Of a stretch of 64,000 bases of DNA, positions 13,825 through 26,521 are shown piece after piece. The translations under genes were made by a program, and so were the position numbers. The stretch is from NCBI GenBank assembly GCA_030770535.1, contig JASVEC010000015.1:806001-870000 (forward strand). Direction: 5' to 3'. Below the pieces are notes generated by a model that was not told where the DNA came from, ran no database searches, and saw only the letters and a program-made list of their open reading frames with translations. The DNA comes from Batkoa obscura. Its lineage: Eukaryota. Positions within the stretch are counted from its first letter, which is position 1. Every line of letters begins with the position of its first letter.

Positions 13825-14305
13825 ATATTGACTTTTTATTTTAAAAAAAGTTATTTTTACTTTGCTTTTACAATTTTTTAGCTTTTGTTATAGATTAATA
13901 TGCTTATGTTTTGAAAAAAACTCGTTTTGTAGTTTTTTATGTAATCTATAACTAATATATATGATTTTTCATAATATTTTATATAAGCTATTTATTATTG
14001 TATGTTATTTTTTCATCAAGCATTGAATTTTATAATAATCATCACTTAAATTTAGTTAACTTAAAATAATCATATTACTAAAATTAAATGTTTTGAAATT
14101 TTACACAACTAATTTAAAGTTTTCTTTATTGATATTTACTATAAGGATTTTTATTATTTAATTATAAAAAACACTATGTTTATATTCTAGCATTTATACT
14201 TTATAGCTATTATTATATTTTTTATGTACAGCCTTTTAATATAAAGTATAAAAAACTTTTTAATATGATAGATTTTTTTATATTTTATATAAACTATATA
14301 GTTAT

Positions 14306-14767
14306 TGTGAAATCTGGTACTCAGGGTTTGGAGTCAAGGACAGCTATTGCTGGGTTGACTACACTATAAGTCGAAAGGTCTTAGTTTATGTGACTAAGAT
14401 AAACTTGAATTATAAAGAATAGCACGTAATAGGTTACAAGCTATATAAGACAAATAGAATAGACAATACTAATGTAAATCTATGTAAGATACTATTAAGA
14501 AACCTTAGTGGCTTTATTAAATGTTCGAGATATCAAAGAATAATTAGTTAAAAAGCCTCGAACTACTATACTCTGTAAACTCTTTTATACTCTGAAAAGT
14601 ATCAATATCAAAATGAGAAGATAATATTCTTTTGGATGGAGCTAGAAATTCTCATAACAAATCAAACTAAGAACATGGGATTGATTTCCTCTGAGCTCGA
14701 GAACACAACAGCTTAGGCGATTGTTATGTTATAATTAACCATGGGACTGACAAAGCGATATTTCACA
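14306..14767 (-). mobile_element. solo-LTR-like element, subfamily I
   Basis: TGTGAAAT...ATTTCACA; 5-bp TSD GTTAT/GTTAT. Confidence 0.88.
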
Positions 14768-14774
14768 GTTATAT

Positions 14775-14873
14775 GGGAGTGTTTTTTTTTTACTTCATTA
14801 TTTTTCCATTTTTTAAGCGCTATTTGAGTAGAAAAATTGTTAGCAAAATTCTTAACCAAAAAAATACATCCCC
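14775..14873. mobile_element. ~97-bp MITE
   Basis: GGGAGTGT...ACATCCCC; ATAT/ATAT; 7 bp from the LTR end. Confidence 0.9.
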
Positions 14874-15116
14874 ATATGTTTTTTTAATTTATTCTTGTCA
14901 ACAAATAAGGACAAATTTAATAAATACAGTTTAATATAAATACATAGTAAAAAAACTTAAAATATTGTTGAAAAATAATTCAAAGTTAGCTATTTTGATG
15001 TAATCAATGTTTATTAAATTAGTTTATAAATAATCATAAATTTTTTATATCAAATTCCTTACTACTAATGTTTGATAGCATATTTACAAATGTTTAAAAT
15101 TTACCAAATAATAAAT

Positions 15117-15214
15117 GATGATGTTTTTTTTGATTTCGTTACCTTTTCCTTTTTTAAGTGCCATTCGAGCGAAAAGATTACTAATAAAATTCTTAAATGA
15201 AAAAATACATCCCG
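15117..15214. mobile_element. ~97-bp MITE
   Basis: Family core; TSD AAAT/AAAT. Confidence 0.8.
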
Positions 15215-15791
15215 AAATATTAATTCTAAAAAATAAAAATAAAATTTACAATTAGATATATAGCTTAAGTCCTGCAATATCAACTTTTAGCTTAAATAAA
15301 TCACAAAGCATGTGGAAATTTTGTATAAATAAAAAAGTTTACTTTATTTTATATAAAATCTCAAAATGTGTTATTATTTTCTTTAAAATTTACAGTTTCA
15401 ATAAAGCTTTCTGCTAAAATAACATAGATCTTATATGTTTTATTATTTTATAGCTAAGTAAGAATTATTATAGAAAAGCATAAATTGATTTTATATAATT
15501 ATTGTAATTAACTACAAAAAAGAAATAAAATATAATACTACTATTTAATTTGATAATATTAAATTAGGCTTGATAAATAAATTTTGAAAATCAATTAAAA
15601 AATATTTAAAAAATTATACAAAATTTTATTAGTATGTTATAAAATAATCATTAACATTAATTTCAGGTTAGTTTAAATTAACTTTTTATTATATGAGTTA
15701 ATTAAAATTTATCAAATTATTTTTATATCATTCTGAGCTTGTGTAAAAAAACTTTAAGCTTTAGCTTTGCTTTGATATTTTTAAATTATAT

Positions 15792-15885
15792 GGAGATGTG
15801 TTTTTTTGTTTAAGAATTTTACTATAATCTTTCCACTCAAATAGCGCTTAAAAAATGGAAAAATAATGAAACTAAAAACAACCCC
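15792..15885. mobile_element. ~97-bp MITE
   Basis: GGAGATGT...ACAACCCC; ATAT/ATAT. Confidence 0.88.
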
Positions 15886-16237
15886 ATATTTTTTTTAAAT
15901 AAAAGAAATTAAATAGAAATTTTGCATAAAACTATTTGATTAAAGATATTATAAATAAGAAAAATATCACTTAAAAGTATTGTTATTTTATAATGATCTT
16001 TTTTTTTTATAAATAAACTTCAATACCAAGTTTATTTTTATTTTATATATTATTTTGTTTAAACTTTATTGACATTTTGTAATATTATTTATAAATAAAA
16101 ATTTAATATGTTTTTAAGCTTATGAGTAATCGTAAAAAGTTAAGCCATAAAAATTTTTTAATTAATTGTTTTCAGTCCCTGGTTTTAATAGCTTTTTTCA
16201 AAACAATAATTAATATAAAAATCTTTTGTAATATTAT

Positions 16238-16333
16238 AGGGATGTATTTTTGTGTTTAAGAATTTTACTAACAATCCTTCCACTCAAATGGCACTCAAAA
16301 ATGGAAAAGATGATGAAATTAAAAAACATCCCC
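16238..16333. mobile_element. ~97-bp MITE
   Basis: AGGGATGT...ACATCCCC; flanks TTAT/ATAT. Confidence 0.88.
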
Positions 16334-16524
16334 ATATCTTTTTTTAACAAATGCTTTACTTGTATAAATCTGTTTTTCAATATTTTTTAATACTTATTTA
16401 ATATATCATTTATGTTTTTAAATTTTTTGATATTACTTTTAATCAATAAAAGCTAGTATAACAGTTTATTTATATTTTGTTTAAAGCTATCTATAATTAT
16501 ATTTATTAAATTTATTAAATTCAT

Positions 16525-16985
16525 TGTGAAATATCGTTTTATTAGCTCCATGGTTGATTATAACATTATAATCACTTAAGTTGTTGTGTTCTCGAGTTTA
16601 GAGATAACCAACCCGATGCTCTTATCTTGATTTGTTGTGAGAATTTATGTCATATGACTCCGAAGGATATTGTCTCCCTGTTTTGATACCCATACTTGTT
16701 GGAGTATAAAAGAGATTTTAGAACGTAGTAGCTCGAGATTTTTGAATTATTCTTTGGTATCTCATGTATTTAATAAAGCTACTAAATTTACTTAATAGTA
16801 TTTTACATGGATTTTACGTTAGTATTGTCTATTCTATTTGTCTTATATAATCTGTAGCATATTACTTATTATTATTCATAATCTAAGTCTATCTTAGTCG
16901 CATAAACTAAGACCTTTCGACTTACAGTATAGTTAATCAAGCAATGACTGCTTTTGACTCCAATCACTGAGTACCAAATTTCACA
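16525..16985 (+). mobile_element. solo-LTR-like element
   Basis: TGTGAAATAT...AATTTCACA; 4-bp TSD TCAT/TCAT; TATAAAAG followed by AATAAA. Confidence 0.88.
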
Positions 16986-18028
16986 TCATATATATTTTTA
17001 GTACATAAGTTATATATGGGTTTACTGAATTTTTAATTTGATTTTTATAAACTGTTTTAAATAAGCTAAAACAACTAATATTTAAAATCTAAAGTATATA
17101 AAAAGTAAAATGGTAAAAAACAGTAACTAATATTGTAGTATTATCATTTATTTAATTATTTTAAATACTGTAATAACTCAAATATTTGGCAATTTAAGCT
17201 TAATATACCAGCTAGTTAAATGAGACTCATTTATTATGACAAATAAATGTATTATTTTTTTAAATTAATTCTTTATTAAATTTTAATTTTATCAATAATA
17301 TTAAAAGCTGTTATTGTTTTTTAGCTAATGCATTATTAAATATAAACCTAGCTTTATTAAATCATATTTGATGATAACATTCTTTATATAATTAAAATAA
17401 ATTAAAATGATACTAAAATTTTTATCTTTAACTTTTTAATAATTATACTTTTTATCAAAGTAATATTAAATTTCAAATTGTTTTCTAATAAAGCTATCAA
17501 CTTACTTTTAGCTAATCAATAATACTTTTTTATTAAATAAAATTCAGTTAGTTATGTTTTTTATACAATAATGTTTAAAAAGTATATATTAAGCCTTTAA
17601 TTTAAGAACGTAGTTAGCAATCTTCTTTTAATCATTAACTTTTTTTCAGACATATAGTTGTATAAAATAATATGGCATAAAAAACTGTAAATGTATTAGC
17701 GGCTTTTTCGATATCTGATGTTTTACCATTTTAAAACATTTTCATCTTAAAAATTGTATTAGCTTTATATTATTTATTGTTTATTCTTAAAAATATTTAA
17801 TTAAAATAGCCTTTATATATTATAATTTTTAAATCTATAGCTTAATTTTTATAATTGCTTACAAGCTTAAAAATACTAGTAGTTTTTTAAGCTACTTTTA
17901 AACAAAAGATAGTAATTGGGTTTTATATAAGGAAATAGCAATGTAACAGAAAAAGCAAAATTTTACTGTAGAAAAGATTATAAAAGACTATTTAAAAAGG
18001 AGGCCATAGCCTAAAAAATACAATACAT

Positions 18029-18126
18029 AGGGATATGGCTTTGTGTTTAAGGATTTTATTCGAAAATTTTTCACTTAAATAGCACTTGAAAGATAGAAAA
18101 GTGATGAAGCCAAAAAAAACAGACCC
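18029..18126. mobile_element. ~97-bp MITE (diverged)
   Basis: Family core; flanks ACAT/ATAT. Confidence 0.8.
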
Positions 18127-18293
18127 ATATCAAATTTGGTCAATCGAACCCTGCCATTGTTCTTACAATTTGAGTTTGATCAGATTTCCTTCAGGCTTTT
18201 ATCAGGTTTTCTTTGGATTAGGCTACAAAATGACTATTTATTAAAAAAATTATTTGGCTTTTTACTCACCTTACTTTATCACAATCAGTACAT

Positions 18294-18391
18294 GAGAGTG
18301 TTTTTTTGACTTCATTATTTTTTCCATTTTTTAAGCGCTATTTAAGCGGAAAATTTGTTAGTAAAATTTTTAAACACAAAAATACATCCCC
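18294..18391. mobile_element. ~97-bp MITE, GAGAGTG subfamily
   Basis: Near-identical to 33505, 47718 and 48723 copies. Confidence 0.9.
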
Positions 18392-19242
18392 ATATAATTC
18401 TCAATAGTCAGAAAGATTATTAGCAGTGGAAACACTGAGAAATTAATTTTCAAATATTCAAAGGTTAACTATAAGTAAATTTATTAAAAGAATTAAAATA
18501 TTATTATAAAAAAGCTGAAAACATAATTAAACTTTAAATAATAAGGCTCAGTAAGTCAGCACCTGAGAGCTGGAATTCATTATGACGGTTAAGTGGTTGA
18601 CTGTTTGAGACCTTGACTTTTTGGACACCAAGTTCTTTTGAAAAAATTCTGACTCAGCTGAATTAGAGTTTTTTCAGGAAATTTTGATTATTGGGCTCTT
18701 TTACTCAACTAAAGCTATGTCAGACATGCCTAGCTCATCGTAACTTTACTTTCATAAAAATAAGTCAACTTTATTAGCAATATCGAGAAGATTAAATTAA
18801 TTCATATAATGACGATTTCTTATTCATTAGTTACCATTTTTATGCACATAAAATTAAAAAATTACTAATAAATATTGAGACAAAGAAACACCTTTCTTTC
18901 AAGAATTTCATAAAAAGTACATCCCCGTTTTAATTATAAGTAAAGCCTTAAATGTCTATAATTTAGTTTTAAAACAGCGTTCATGATTACTAATAAACTT
19001 AAAAGTAACATAGAATAAAGTTTAATAATCTCATTTTACGCTTAGTTTGATCATATACATTGGAAGAGTATTTTTAATTTTTTTTATTAAATAAAGTTTA
19101 ATAATAAAACCGGAACATTCTAAAAATAGTCTTCTAAGTTTAAGAACAAAATTTATGAAGATTATCTCTCTAAATGATTATCTTGATAAAAATTATATCA
19201 TTACTTCAAAACTTTTCCTTGAAATAACGAAATTAAATAAAT

Positions 19243-19272
19243 TCAATATCAATATCAATATCAATATCAATA
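19243..19272. repeat. (TCAATA)x5 tandem repeat upstream of the catalase
   Basis: Direct reading. Confidence 0.8.
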
Positions 19273-19530
19273 TATAATTTAAACCAAATAAAGGTAATAC
19301 ATGCATACTCTCTTTTTAACTACCTTTATAAAATATTTAAATTTAACCACTTTTTTATTTAATACATAATAATACCCAGCCTCTGTTTTTTATTTAATTA
19401 TATAACTTGGCTATAAAATGTAACGCGATCCAAAAGTAGAATCTATGAAGCATGATATCATACTAAAACAAGTTATCTCAAAATTAGAAAGGTATAAATT
19501 AAAGTAAAAAGTAATAAAATAAAAATAAAA

Positions 19531-21039
19531 ATGAACTATATATCTATTTTATATTATTATTTAACTTTATCTATAGTAAAAGGAGACTATGCTATAGAAT
19601 CTGGGGATAACTTTTTAACTACGAATGATGGACAACCGGTTGACAATAATCAAAACTTATTAACTATTGGTGAAGATGGTCCAGCTTTATTACAAGATTT
19701 TCAATTTGTTGAAAAAATGGCTCACTTTGATAGAGAACGTATCCCTGAAAGAGTTGTGCATGCTAAAGGATCGGGTGCCCATGGGTACTTTGAAGTCACC
19801 AAAGATATTACTAAATACACTATGGCTAATCTAATGAATAAAGTAGGAAAGCGTACTCCTGTATTTACAAGATTTTCAACAGTTGGACAAGAAAGTGGAT
19901 CAAGTGACACAGTAAGGGATCCCCGAGGCTTTGCAGTGAAGTTTTACACAGAGGAAGGAAACTGGGATTTAGTTGGAAACAATTTGCCTGTTTTTTTTAT
20001 TAGGGATGCTACCAAATTTCCTGACTTTGTTCATACTCAAAAAAGACACCCCCAAACTGGTGCCGGAGATGCTGATATGTTTTGGGATTTCTTATCTCTT
20101 AGTCCGGAATCAATTCATATGGTTACTTTCTTATTTGGAGACTTAGCTTTACCTGATGGTTACCCTCACATGAATGGGTTTGGTGTACATGCCTACAAAT
20201 TAGTTAAAGATAATGGGGATTGGAATTATGTAAAATGGCACTGGGTTACTGAGCAAGGAATTAAGAATTTAACAGTAGAAGATGCTGCAAAGTATGCTGG
20301 AAGCCAAAAAGATAGAGATCGCTTAGGATTATTTAATACTATCAAAGACGGTAAATTCCCAGCATGGAAATTAATGATGCAAGTAATGAGCCCTGAGCAA
20401 GCTAAAAAATTTGGTAAAAGCGCAGTGGATGCTACTAAAATCTGGCCAGAGGATCAATTTCCATTGCAGGAAGTAGGAAGGATGGTATTAAATCGAAATC
20501 CTGAAAATTTCTTTGCAGAAACTGAACAAGTAGCTTTTTGCCCAGCCCACATTGTACGAGGATTTGATTTCTCAGAAGATAAATTATTAATGGGTAGGAT
20601 ATTCTCATATACTGATACTCACCGCCATCGTCTTGGTACAAATTATTTACAATTACCTATCAATCGTCCAAACAGTACCGTATTAAATCATCAAAGGGAT
20701 GGCCAAATGGCTTTCCATAATTTTGGAAATAAACCAAACTATGAGCCAAATTCTTATAATTATGGACGTCAAACAAATAAACCAAATTATGCTAATGTTA
20801 AGTATGATGGTAAAATGGGAAGATACTTGAATAAAGTAACGATAGATGATTTCAAGCAAGCCAGAGATTTATATCAATCTCTTGATAAAGGTCAAAAGGA
20901 TAGATTAATTATGGCTATTTCAGATCATTTAAAAGATGCCAAAGCATTTATTAGAAGTCGCCAAATTGAGATCTTTAAGAAAGTTGATAAAGACTATGGA
21001 CAGAGAGTTGAAGAACAAATCAAGAAGTTATTGAACTAA
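19531..21039 (+). CDS. monofunctional small-subunit heme catalase with a predicted N-terminal signal peptide
   Basis: FDRERIPERVVHAKG (distal His), VGNN (Asn), RIFSYTDTH (proximal Tyr); N-terminus MNYISILYYYLTLSIVKG/D; no introns; no PTS1. Confidence 0.96.
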   Translation: MNYISILYYYLTLSIVKGDYAIESGDNFLTTNDGQPVDNNQNLLTIGEDGPALLQDFQFVEKMAHFDRERIPERVVHAKGSGAHGYFEVTKDITKYTMANLMNKVGKRTPVFTRFSTVGQESGSSDTVRDPRGFAVKFYTEEGNWDLVGNNLPVFFIRDATKFPDFVHTQKRHPQTGAGDADMFWDFLSLSPESIHMVTFLFGDLALPDGYPHMNGFGVHAYKLVKDNGDWNYVKWHWVTEQGIKNLTVEDAAKYAGSQKDRDRLGLFNTIKDGKFPAWKLMMQVMSPEQAKKFGKSAVDATKIWPEDQFPLQEVGRMVLNRNPENFFAETEQVAFCPAHIVRGFDFSEDKLLMGRIFSYTDTHRHRLGTNYLQLPINRPNSTVLNHQRDGQMAFHNFGNKPNYEPNSYNYGRQTNKPNYANVKYDGKMGRYLNKVTIDDFKQARDLYQSLDKGQKDRLIMAISDHLKDAKAFIRSRQIEIFKKVDKDYGQRVEEQIKKLLN

Positions 21040-21446
21040 ATTTATCCCTTAATATCATCATTTTATTATTTCATATTGACTAGAATAAATATATAAAGTT
21101 ATTATTTGACTTACTTTTAAATTTGAATTTAAATGCCTTTTTTGATAATTTTAGTATGTTAGCATATATGAAAAATAACAGATGTTCTAATAGAAACACC
21201 ACCATACTATGAAAGCATAGTTATAGCTCACCTCTGGATATCAGAGACAATATTGAATTTATTTCTACCCAATTTCGTCAGTGAAAATTAATCTAAACTC
21301 GAAATAGTGGTATATGCTTTAAGACTATTAATTGGAGACTAATGTTTACTACCAAAAATTCTTATGAATTTCATTGTACATATCTTTACGTCACCTAAAG
21401 TTATTATACAGGAATTTGGGCATCTCGGTGTAACTATATAATAAAT

Positions 21447-21546
21447 AGGACTGTTTTTTTTTGATTTTATTACTTTTTCCATCTTTTAAACCCTATTTAA
21501 GTGGAAAGATTGTTAGTAAAATTCTTAAATGAAAAAACACATCGCC
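21447..21546. mobile_element. ~97-bp MITE (diverged)
   Basis: Family core; TSD AAAT/AAAT. Confidence 0.8.
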
Positions 21547-22091
21547 AAATATTATTTTACATAATAATAGAACTAACACGTTTATCATTTTTTGAGTTTT
21601 CTAATTTGCCAATAATTTCATTTATACAAAATTCGGATTTTTTTATTTACCATACTTCTTTTATACCATTTACATTGACTCAGATTTCAATTAAATAACT
21701 CATTCAATTTTTCTTTTAACCACTTGAGTACCGTAAACGAACAACGTCTACTAAATTTTATCAATTAAAATTAAGTTATGATAAGTATTATTCCCATACG
21801 ATTTTAAATCAAAACTAAATCATGGCTAAAATTGCTCATCTTCACCCTTGGCTAAACAGAAACTATGATGTTCAATAATTAAAAGAGGGATCGAAAAATC
21901 TGATTCGGTCGAACAGAATTGTCTTAACATAGTACTCAAAGGGTTAATTTCTCTCAAATAATAGATGAACTAAATACAGATGACATCATCGAACAGTGAA
22001 GGCTACAAAAATAAAATAGACAAAACAAGGATAAAATAAAATAGAGAAAGTTAGAATAAAATAAGTTTAGAATTTACAAATTTTGATAACA

Positions 22092-24933
22092 ATGAGATAT
22101 TTAGAAGGCTTAACTGAGGAGCAAGCTTTAGCGGTTCACAGTAATAGCGTAAATTTATTTATATCAGCAGGACCAGGATCAGGTAATACATAGATTATGA
22201 GCTAACAAAGTATTCAAAATAGTAAATAGGTAAAACTCGTGTTTTGATTACAAGAGTTTTTGAAAAAGTGGTTCTCCCTATCATTAACGAAACCATTGTA
22301 AATGGCAAGGTGAGTGATAGGACAGTGATTATTACTTTCACTAATAAAGCAGCAATGGAATTAAAGCAAAGATTAAATGAGTTTATTAAGCAACATACTA
22401 ATAATACATTAGTTAGACCACTTAGCCAATACAAGTTTAAAAGTAGAATCTTTGTAGGGACATTTCATGCTTTTGGTTTTGAGCTGATACGAAAGCTTTC
22501 TCATTTGCTCCCATTTAAGGGAAGTGGGTTTTCAATTATAGACAATAATAATGCAAAGAAAACTTTGAGCCAAATTGCAACAAGGGTCAAAGCTAAAAAA
22601 ACACAAAGTAAAGAAGTGTATAAAGAATTTAAGGATAAACATTTTTTTGAAGTGTTTTATGAGCATAAACAATCAACACGATTATCAGGACCCAAGTTGA
22701 TAGATAATAAGTATATTTTTGATGTCAACCATTTTGCAAAAGTATTTTTAGATAAGAATTATAACATTGGCTACTCAGCAGATAGAAGCAAAGTTCTTGA
22801 ATTATATTGTGAAATTTATGAAGAATATTGTTCAGAACTCTATTTCACTAATAGCTTAGACTTTCACGACTTGTTACAATGGCCAATTTATATATATATG
22901 AAAGCTATGGCTAATCCAGAATTAAGTAAAGATTTAAATAGAATTGATAAGCTAGTAATAAACAATTTATATGTTGATGAGTACCAAGACTCGAATACTC
23001 TACAATTACATTTTTTACAAATAATAAAAGAATACTCAGATAAGGTAAAATCAAAAATGAACTCGACTGTGGTTGGAGATCCAGATCAATCAATTTTTGG
23101 TTGGCGTGATCACAAACCTCTTTACTTAAATGGCGAAGATAAAAATATTAAAAATAGGAGAAGCTTATTCGAATCTTCAATTTCAGATCAAAGAGAAGAA
23201 CGAGGTTGGGAAACCATATTTTTGTCAAAAAATTTTAGATCAACACCTGCAATTATAAACACGGCAAATAAGGTCATATTCAATGATGGAAGTCGTAAAT
23301 CAAGGAATAAGGATGTTGGTTTAACCAAAGATTTTGATCATAAAGGTAGTGATAAGGATCCAAAGCCAGTTTTGATTTGTTTTCCAAGTGAAAAAGAAGA
23401 AGCAAAACGCATCGTAAATAGTATTAAAAGTATAAAAGACAATGCAAATAGATTTAAAGTAGGGGTAAACTATAGGGATATTTCAATACTTGTAAGAGCA
23501 ACAAGAATTATATCCCCATTAGTAAAAGAATTTTTATATCATGGAATACCATATGAAGGAATAGGGAATTTTGGTTTATGGAATCGTAAAGCAGTTGTAG
23601 ATATATTGGCTCATTTAAACATCATAAACAACCCGTGTGATAAAATCTCACTAGCTAGAATATTCAAATTTCCTCCTAAAAAAATAACCCTAAAGATTCA
23701 AAAGGCTCTTTTGGAGCTGATAAATAGTGAGTTCACCTTTAAAGATTTTGTAAATTCCTTAAACCAGGATGAAGAGGACATAAACATGAAAAATTTTATT
23801 GAATGTGAAGGAGTGCAGAAATTGAGAAAGCAATTTAACCAAATATATGAACTTGTTGATAACAATGAAAAACAACCTACTTTAGACTTATTTATTAAAG
23901 AACTTATTGAGATTATAGAATATGACACTAATGATAAAGATGCAACGAAATTGGAGGATGGAGCTCCAGATCCATCATTTGATGGAGATGATCCTTTAGA
24001 AGGTGCAACACCATTAGAAGCCCTAATTAAGTTTTCTGAAACACTTAGTTATTCGTATGAGCCTGAAGAAGATGAAGAGTAAGTAGCATATAAATCAAAT
24101 GTAGCTTTATTAAGCAATTTTAATATTAGTCCTGACCAGAGAATCGAGAATATGGGCCTTAAAGATACACTTACTGCACTTCTTCAAGCTGCAGGATTAG
24201 GCTATAACAATGATGATGCTTTAACTGATAATGAAAAGAAAAAGGCATTTTTAAGTAGAGATACAGTCAAAATTGCGACTTTACATTCCTCTAAAGGTAA
24301 ATTATATATTAATGGTTTTAATTTTATTAATATCTATTAGGATTAGAATGGCCAATTGTGTATATAGTTGGCGTAGATAGTAACCTAATACCTCACTATT
24401 TTTCTACAATATCTGGACGTACTGATGAAGAAGCAAGATTGTTATATGTAGGAATTACTAGATGTAAATATCTTTTAGCAATGTCGTATTGTAGAAGAAG
24501 AGATTACTCTAGAGATGATTCATATGGTGAACCATCACCATTTTTGTCTAAACTAGATAGTAATGATTTTAATGAAAAGTTTCCAAGTTTTGATAAAAAG
24601 TTTTTTATGAATTTGGCTACATTTTTGAATCTTGAATATGATACTAAGTTTATGGATTCCCAATCTGTTAAGGTAATTCGCTCTAAAGGAAACGACGGAG
24701 AATTGAGCCCCATGGAGCTTGATCATACCTCATTCCTTCCTGGGTTTGCTAGTGCTTCCTCACTACTTGATAGCAATAAAAGGCCATTTAAAAAGGGTAA
24801 AACAGCCTTTTACAAGACTAGTTTTGACCAAGGATCAAGCAGCGGTGTAAAGCTCGAATCAGAAGATGGCTCTGCTCCTTCATCTAATAATGTAGAGGTG
24901 GTTGATCTTACTTATCTTCCATTTAAAAAATAA
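22092..24933 (+). CDS. SRS2: UvrD/Rep/PcrA-family SF1 DNA helicase, Srs2-like, 3 introns
   Basis: ATG 22092; introns 22183-22229, 24079-24129, 24297-24340. Motifs AGPGSGKT, TFTNKAA, GTFH, VDEYQD, VGDPDQSIFGWR, NFRST, HSSKGLEWP, EEARLLYVGITR. The symbol is by family, not proven orthology. Confidence 0.88.
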
Positions 24934-25402
24934 ATAGCTATAGCAAATCACATGCTTCCTATAGGGTTAGTTTAGACACAAGCCTTTTAGTATTTTATTC
25001 AAAATCTTATCATAATATCAATGTTTCGTATTTTTGATTTTATATACATTTAAAGTATATATTCAGAAATAATAATGGAATACCAATCAGCCTATAATAT
25101 TTTCACTGAAACATTTATAATGTTCCTAACACACTGACAAATACTTTTTGGGAAATTTGGATCTCAATGGGAGACATTTCGATTGGTTAAAAACAAAAAA
25201 TCTGCAAGTTTAGATAGGGAATTAACCACAATAAATAATAAGAAATATTGATATATATAATAAAATATCATGTTTTAAAAAAGTAGTGTTTTAAAGGATT
25301 TGCTTTTATAAAAAGTATTTTTCAACAATTTAAGATCTTATGGTTATAATTATATATACTTGTCTTTTTTATTTTAGTGATACTAAATCAACCTAAACAT
25401 AT

Positions 25403-25500
25403 GGGGATGTATTTTTTGGCTTTATCACTTTTTACATTTTTAAGTGCTATTTGAGTGGAAAGATTGTTAGTAAAATTCTTAAACACAAAAATACATTCCC
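25403..25500. mobile_element. ~97-bp MITE
   Basis: GGGGATGT...ACATTCCC; ATAT/ATAT. Confidence 0.9.
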
Positions 25501-25736
25501 ATATAAAGCTTTTTATTTTGTTTTTTTATTTTAGTATTTGATTTATTACTAGATGTTTTTACTTTTAAAATAAATAAAAGGATGATTATGAAGAGTAATC
25601 TATATTTTATTTAGACTAGTAATACAAGCTATTTTTTTAAACCCATATAAAATATTTTACATAAAAATAATTTTATTATTTTAAGAAAATTAATTTTATT
25701 ATTAAAAATTTAATTAATACATATGATGGTGTGTTT

Positions 25737-25833
25737 ATGGATATTTTTTTAGCTTCCATCCTTTTTCCGTTTTTCAAGCGCTATTTGAGGGGAAGATTAT
25801 TAATAAAATTCTTAAACAAAAAAATATATCCCC
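25737..25833. mobile_element. ~97-bp MITE (left end degenerate)
   Basis: Family core, ends ATATCCCC-ATAT. Confidence 0.8.
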
Positions 25834-25847
25834 ATATTATGTTATTA

Positions 25848-25849
<2 letters not shown>

Positions 25850-25894
<45 letters not shown>
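25850..25894. repeat. (TTA)n microsatellite, about 15 units
   Basis: Direct reading; lies between a MITE and an LTR. Confidence 0.9.
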
Positions 25895-25896
<2 letters not shown>

Positions 25897-25909
25897 TTCA
25901 TTTAGCTAA

Positions 25910-26370
25910 TGTCAAATCTGATACTCAGCAATTAGAGATAAAAGCAACTTTTGCTTGATTGACTAGTTGTAAGCCGAAAGGTCTTAGTTTATATAAATAA
26001 GACAGACTTGAATTATGAACAGTAGTATGTGATAGGCTACAGACTATGTAAGATAAACAGAATAGATAATATTACTGTAAAATCTACGTAAAATACTCTC
26101 AGGAAGGTTTAATAGTTTTACTAAAGGTACGACATCAAAGAATGATTCAATTAAAAAGCCTCAAATTATTATGAAGAACCTTTTTTATATTTCAACAAGT
26201 GTGGATATCAAAACGAGAAGATAGCATTCTTCGCAATGTGAAGTTAGAAATTCTTATACTAAATCAAAATAAGGGATTCTGAATTGTTCGTAAATGAACT
26301 TGAGAACACAACAACTTAAGTGATTGTTATGTTACAATCAATCATAGAGCTGACAAAGCGATATTTCATA
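25910..26370 (-). mobile_element. diverged solo-LTR-like element, subfamily II-like
   Basis: TGTCAAATCTGATACTCAG...GCGATATTTCATA; no clear TSD. Confidence 0.82.
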
Positions 26371-26422
26371 AAGCTTATATCTTATTTTTATTTTAATAAA
26401 AAATAAAGTCAAATAACTATAT

Positions 26423-26521
26423 GGGAATGTATTTTTGTATTCAAGAATTTTACTAATAATTTTTCCACTCAAATAGCACTTAGAAGATGGAAAAAGTGAT
26501 AAAGCCAAAAAAAGCATCCCC
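26423..26521. mobile_element. ~97-bp MITE
   Basis: GGGAATGT...GCATCCCC; ATAT/ATAT; near-identical to 33403-33500. Confidence 0.9.

Noticed and set aside
22092..24933. Bacterial uvrD/pcrA or Helitron helicase
   Set aside because: It has three spliceosomal introns and an Srs2-type tail. Helitron helicases are PIF1-type with a Rep domain.
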